Below are positions 58,925 to 64,000 of a DNA stretch of 64,000 bases, one piece after another. The position numbers and the translations under genes were made by a program. Source of the DNA: Pelomyxa schiedti (lineage: Eukaryota; Protista; Evosea); assembly GCA_020536535.1 (NCBI GenBank), contig JAHLWZ010000004.1, positions 310,001-374,000 of the forward strand. The letters run 5' to 3'. Within the stretch, counting starts at the first letter, position 1, and every line of letters begins with the position of its first letter. The notes beneath the pieces were generated by a model. It was given only the letters and a program-made list of their open reading frames with translations, did no database searches and was not told where the DNA came from.

Positions 58925-60894
58925 TTACAAGTGCTGCAGAACTTCGAAACTGCGCTTGACTCCTCCTCTTTGGGCAGCAGGGAAGCAGGTATCACATACA
59001 CGAACTGTGAAATACATATATTAGTAGAGTGTTTGTTTGTGGTGAGGGGGATAATACCGGCATTGGTATATTTAAGGTTGGCGATAGGGGTTTTTCTCGC
59101 TGCGCACTTATTGCAAAAAATCTAGGGTTGTTTGTTAGAAGAAGGAGAATAGAGAAACAGAACAACCATGGCACAATGTCTGCAGTGGTGCTTACGTGTA
59201 AGAACTGAAAAATGTAAGCCGCATTGATTGCAGCCTGTGGCTTGACTATCCGGCTGCCAAGAGGGTCGTTCCCGTATTTCCGGGGGAATGGGTGTTGATG
59301 GGGCCTGTGTTACTCCGGTAGAGACGGGACTCACTGCGAGGCCACTTTGATTTCCTAGCGAGGATAGTGCTTGTTGCATTGGTATTGAGGGGCGGCCAAA
59401 CATAAAATGAGGGGCAAGAAGAGTGAATGCAATTGGGATTGAGTTACCTGTGTTGAATTAGGATGTGTTATTTTATTTCGGAGGCTTGTACCAGGTACTT
59501 CTAATTCTACAATAAGTTCGTATGATGATTTGATGTGTTTAGACTTGGTGGATGGCTGCAAAGTTGTTGGGAGGGAAAACGGAATATACCTTTTATTTAT
59601 TGATTTCTAGGAAGTTATTAATGAAGACTACGGTTATTACCTAGTGCCAAGATAACATGGCTCGAAAGGGGGGTGATGTTGTATGCCACCGGCAACTTTG
59701 GTTCGTAGTTGTTTAGTATGTGCCATGGCACCATCCCCAACACACATGTCAAGTGTGTGGTCGACATGAACATTAATGCTGGAGGTAGGCTTGGTGACTG
59801 AACTGTTTACATTCAGCTTTACAAGAATTCGTTCCCCTGTAATATTGTGAGAGATGCAGTATAATTATAGCCTATGTCTTACCAGGGAAATATGTGTGGT
59901 TATCTAAGCTAGCAGTCATACTTAGTTCCCCTTTGTGGAATGGCCGTGTGCTTGTACAAGTATTGATCATTTTTACTCTGTCTAAATGCTCATTGACTAC
60001 TAAGCGCACACGGTGTTGCAGAAGAGCAATTTTAGGAGCAGTGGTTGTAGTAGGTCGTATTTGGAGAGTAGCAGATCGAAGAGATGCTCCTCCTGCTAGT
60101 TGAGGGGATATACCAGCCAGAATTGCTTTCACTTTGAAAGAAACCTTGCCTCGATGAGCCAACCCCTTTAATCAATAGCTGAAAAAAAGGAAATACCATA
60201 GCCTTGAATCCTGTACCAATTTTCCAATCTCCTCCATTGAATTTGCATGTGCAAGGAAGATTGGGGGGCAGAGGAATCCTATCCAGTGTTAGGTCTCAGG
60301 AATATTATGGGGAGTTTTACATGAAAGGGATAATGTATCGCCCTGCTGACATTGGTCCATGTATTTCCATTAACATTTTCCGCTGTTGGGGTCATTAATT
60401 GAGCTTTTCGTTGGATAGGGTGGTACATTAGAAAACAGAGTGTTTTTTATTTGCTGCGTTTTGATTGGACCAGGGTCATCTCCCTCTGATGTAGAGGAAG
60501 ATTGGGACTGTGACCTGTAGAATTCACAGGAGTTTAAGAATTGAAACCCAGTCAAGATTACAGTCAAAATAAACAACGATGCAATAGGAAGAAACGAAAC
60601 TGTTTTTCTTGAAACATGACCCTCTCTGCCCCAGATAGAACAATAACAAGATCATTGACAGCTGGAAACTCCTCACCCAGTTGTATAATTACATTCCCTG
60701 CAGTTGCAAATCAACCAAGAGTGCACAACGCATAAACAGAAACAGAATGACAATTGTGGGATATTGGTTGCTTTACCACTGACCATGTCGCCACCAAGGA
60801 ACGAAGGTGAAAAAACATCCACGTGCATTTCATTTATCCCTGTTGTTGTGTCACAAACCAAACTCGGAGCAGGGGAACATGTCACACCCGGCAT
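58925..60894 (-). CDS. Arrestin-domain protein with C-terminal FYVE finger (AdcA-like architecture)
   Basis: Arrestin N 'FSPSFLGGDMVSG', arrestin C 'GELSMTASLDNHTYFPG'; FYVE motifs WQPD, RKHHCR and RVC. Confidence 0.85.
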
Positions 60895-61307
60895 TGTGTG
60901 ATCGTCGAATGATGAGCCGTGAGGTATTTTGGGTCAAATAGGCAAAGAATCGTCTTCATATTGGAAGACCACAGAGCACTGTGGCATGGCACTCTGGGAC
61001 GCCAGTAGTTTTTACAGTTAGCTGAGACGGGCTGCATATCTGAGATCTACTGCAAGGAAATGTCAAGGTAGTTTCTCTGAAGTTCGGAGCTTCCATCAAA
61101 TTGCACGACGATACGCAGATAGGCAGGACTGTCTTTCTGCCGATTTATTTTTTTGGTGGTACAAAGTTATCCACAACTCAAAAAAAAATTACAAAAAAAA
61201 CCTTTCAAGGCTTGTAATGGTGTCGTTAGTTTGCACAAACACAAAACATAATTTCTCCCCACTTGTTGCACTTTTACCGGGTGTCGTTGCTTTACTTATT
61301 GCTGTTA

Positions 61308-62954
61308 ATGCAGAAGAAGCAGTCACGCAACCAACCCAAGGAGGGATCTAGCACGCCTGCTACTGAGGCGAAAGATGCAACAAAAAGCGTTGATGCACGC
61401 TCCTCCAAGATTGATGGGGCCCGTAACCTGGTGTTCGTTTTGGGGCTCAATTACTTGATCACAACTTTCACTCTAAACTACCTCGCTGGGAGGAGAATCA
61501 TTGATACAAGGCTACTGGTCACTGGCTTTTTGTCTGTGGATTTCCTAATACTGGTTGGTACTTCGAAACAAAAACTGCTCACAATCATAACACAAAAAAA
61601 AATCATCTGTTTAACGAAAATTCAAGGTTTGCTGGTTTTTGTTAGTGGAAATCTTCCTTTCATTCACTGCATGGGGTTTGATTGCTATTTTTCAAATCCA
61701 CAAGTTGCCCAAGTTTTGGTCAGGATTAATACACTACGGTCACTTGTCCATCCTCTTTGGAAGGTTTTTCCCCATATAACAATGTTATTATTCATTGTTT
61801 TAGTACAATGTACGTGTGTCTCTGCTGGAAGCTCGCATTTACCCCTCGTACTGCCGGATTTGTAGAAATGCTTGTTCTTTGCCTCAAAATGCACTCCTTT
61901 GTACACTATCACAGACACACGGTCCCCACTCCGTCCCCTCCTACTTTCTGGCAGTACTTCGAATATCTACTGTTTCCAACCCTCATTTATCAGCCGTCTT
62001 ACCCAAGAACGAGCCACATTGACTGGCGCTATATGATACAGCAACTAGTTTTGTGCGTTGGCACTCTTACAGTTGAGTTGTGACTCTCTTCATTTTCTTG
62101 CTCACATTCACGAAGGTACTGTATGTGCTGACAACCGAAGTGATTGCGCCAGTGCTCGAACAAGCAATTGTAAGTCCTCCTTTGGAGAGTGTGATGAAAT
62201 TGTTGATTCCATTCCTTCTTGGGTACTTGCTGATGTGGTTCATGGTTTTTGACATTATTTTAACTGGTATGCTTGAAGCCTTTTCTTGTTCTTTCCCACA
62301 AGTCACAGGGTTTGCTGAAATTTCCCGATTCAAACCAAGAGAGTTCTATCTCGATTGGTGGAATAGCACTACCTTCTCAGAGTATAATCGCAGATGGAAC
62401 AAGCCAGTCCACGAATGGCTCACCAAATACGTCTACATTGAAGTAAGTTGACGCATGCCTGTAAAAACCCATCTTAATCCATCTCTCAGGTACAAAACAG
62501 TTGGGGTTGCTCCAAAATTGTGGCTGGGCTGTGCACTTTCTTTGTATCTGCTATTGCACATGAATTGTTCTTCATTGTCACTTTTCGTATTGTGAGAATG
62601 TACTGGTTGACTGTAAGCGTTTCAGCTAAAGTGTGAATTGTCTTATTTCCCAAAGCTTATGATGCTGCAAATGCCACTGTATATTCTGGGAGAAGGCCTC
62701 CGGGACACAAAGCTTGGGAACTTTGTATGTTGCTTTTCTCCAAGAATGCTTCCGACTCAACAATATTGCAGATTTTCTGGCAAGGCATTGTGATAGGTAT
62801 TCCCATGCAAGTCGTTATGTACGCCCGTGAAGCATTTGGCGGCTATTCCATGTTTTGGACTCTTCAATTCCCATGCATTTGCATTGCTAGTTCAGCCGCT
62901 TTACTGGGAGGAGTTTTGATGCTGTTCTCAAACAACCACAAAAAACGAGTGTAA
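61308..62954 (+). CDS. MBOAT acyltransferase of the sterol O-acyltransferase/DGAT1 family
   Basis: '[15 protein letters not shown]', '[28 protein letters not shown]', 'FFVSAIAHE'. Confidence 0.92.
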
Positions 62955-63160
62955 GCAAATAGTAAAAGAATTCAAAAAAAAAAAAACTCAAAATTTTTGT
63001 TTCCAAATATTTGTATCGAGGTCTGTCTCTTTTTGTCCAGGGGATTGGCCTCACAATCATGTCTCACTCTCCACCATAAACCACCCATTTGATTGGACCC
63101 ACAGTAATTCCTTTGAACTGCAAAGAAAGGAGATGACTGACAGGTACAAGGTAAATGGGG

Positions 63161-63247
63161 GTATCTCTGCCTATCTGATACATCAGCCACAACGCGAACT
63201 GCTAAAGTGCATTTATAGCGCCGTGCGTCACACAGAAAGCAGAGTAC
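63161..63247 (-). promoter_or_regulatory. SECIS element (type II) in the 3' UTR of selenophosphate synthetase
   Basis: Minus strand GTACTCTGCTTTCTGT-GTGAC-GCACGGCGCTAT-AAA-TGCACTTTAGCA-GTTCGCGTTGTGGC-TGAT-GTATCAGATAGGCAGAGATAC. It has a GUGA/UGAU quartet, 12-nt helix II arm, AAA bulge, apical mini-stem and a helix I of about 14 bp. Confidence 0.88.
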
Positions 63248-63311
63248 AGTCGATAGTGACCCAATCATGCTTGGCAAAGGCTGTGACTATGGAGACAGCT
63301 TGATTCTACCA

Positions 63312-64000
63312 TTAGGACACTTCAACAATGGTAACATTTGTCCTGATTGTTGCGCGAGGGACAGCGGAGGAAACGACCTGTTGGAGAGAAAGTGAGTACT
63401 TGAGGGACAATCACTGAACCATCTAGTACCTCTCCGACAATCCAGGCAGGATAGCCATCTATTGCCTGTAACTCCGAGCACATGGCTTGCGCTGCTGCAA
63501 GCGACGGTAGGCAAACGAGAAGTCCTCCAGAGGTCTCTGCTGATACTCCAACAAGGAGCCCAAAGTCGTAGGCATCATTTACGCGAGCCATGCCAGCTAT
63601 CACAGGTAGCGTGTGGATTTCAATGGAACAGGGAGTGGTCTGCTCCTTAGCCTTCCATTTTGTTAGTTTTTAGTTGGTATGGAGGAGGAAGCACACGAGA
63701 TTTTGAGAATGGCCAAGTATGCCAAACCCTGTCACATCTGTTGCTGCATGAGCTCCTGAAATTCGTTAGATGCAGCAATTGGTGGTGTCCCTACCATATT
63801 TGTGCATTAGCTCTGCGCCTGTCTTATTCAATCTAGACATGTTGGCTGCAGCAAGATTGTAAGCTCGTGTCACCTCTTCGGGAGTGATGATCCCTTTGAT
63901 CTCGTCCCACATTCCAGGAGTATTTGGCTTCTGTGCACACATCCATTGATGTGCGTTAACTGCTAACTGCGTACCCAGAGGTTTTGTGAGAATAACGATG
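63312..64000 (-). CDS. SEPHS2: Selenophosphate synthetase (eukaryotic SEPHS type), 3' part; the N-terminus is beyond the window
   Basis: 'ILTKPLGTQLAVNAHQW', '[35 protein letters not shown]', 'AETSGGLLVCL', 'AWIVGEVV'. The SPS2 (Sec-type) assignment is inferred from the SECIS. Confidence 0.93.

Noticed and set aside
62972-63277. 101-aa minus-strand ORF downstream of SPS
   Set aside because: It starts at a non-ATG codon, has no homology signal and overlaps the SECIS, so it is better explained as 3' UTR.

Overview
This is a gene-dense, intron-rich eukaryotic nuclear window. It uses the standard code (TAA, TAG and TGA all end conserved genes) and GT-AG introns of mostly 40-55 nt. eEF1A lacks the opisthokont insertion and an arrestin-FYVE gene is present, so the host is probably an amoebozoan; an anaerobic archamoeba such as Pelomyxa is my inference only. 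About 27 protein genes can be supported. Housekeeping genes: RPS20, U2AF1, V-ATPase G, condensin II H2, eEF1A, DAG kinase, an ACAP-like ArfGAP, a sterol/DAG acyltransferase and selenophosphate synthetase. Bacterial-type enzymes that carry introns: a GH20 hexosaminidase, a ComEC-type MBL hydrolase, a tandem C-N hydrolase and DUF1538. Lineage-expanded effector-like genes: ankyrin-like repeat, Sel1, F-box, TRIM-like and REase-kinase proteins. The strongest non-obvious signals are (1) a complete type II SECIS hairpin downstream of the selenophosphate synthetase gene, predicting UGA-selenocysteine recoding; (2) 20 consecutive phase-0 exons in a giant coiled-coil gene whose lengths are all 7n or 7n+4 codons; and (3) several splice-architecture oddities: a tandem AG|GT intron in V-ATPase G, candidate poison micro-exons in U2AF1 and RPS20, and a stop/start junction that can be spliced into a gene fusion. 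No CRISPR array, rRNA, intact tRNA, transposase or viral core gene was found. All exon boundaries are manual predictions, and the ends of hypothetical genes are approximate.
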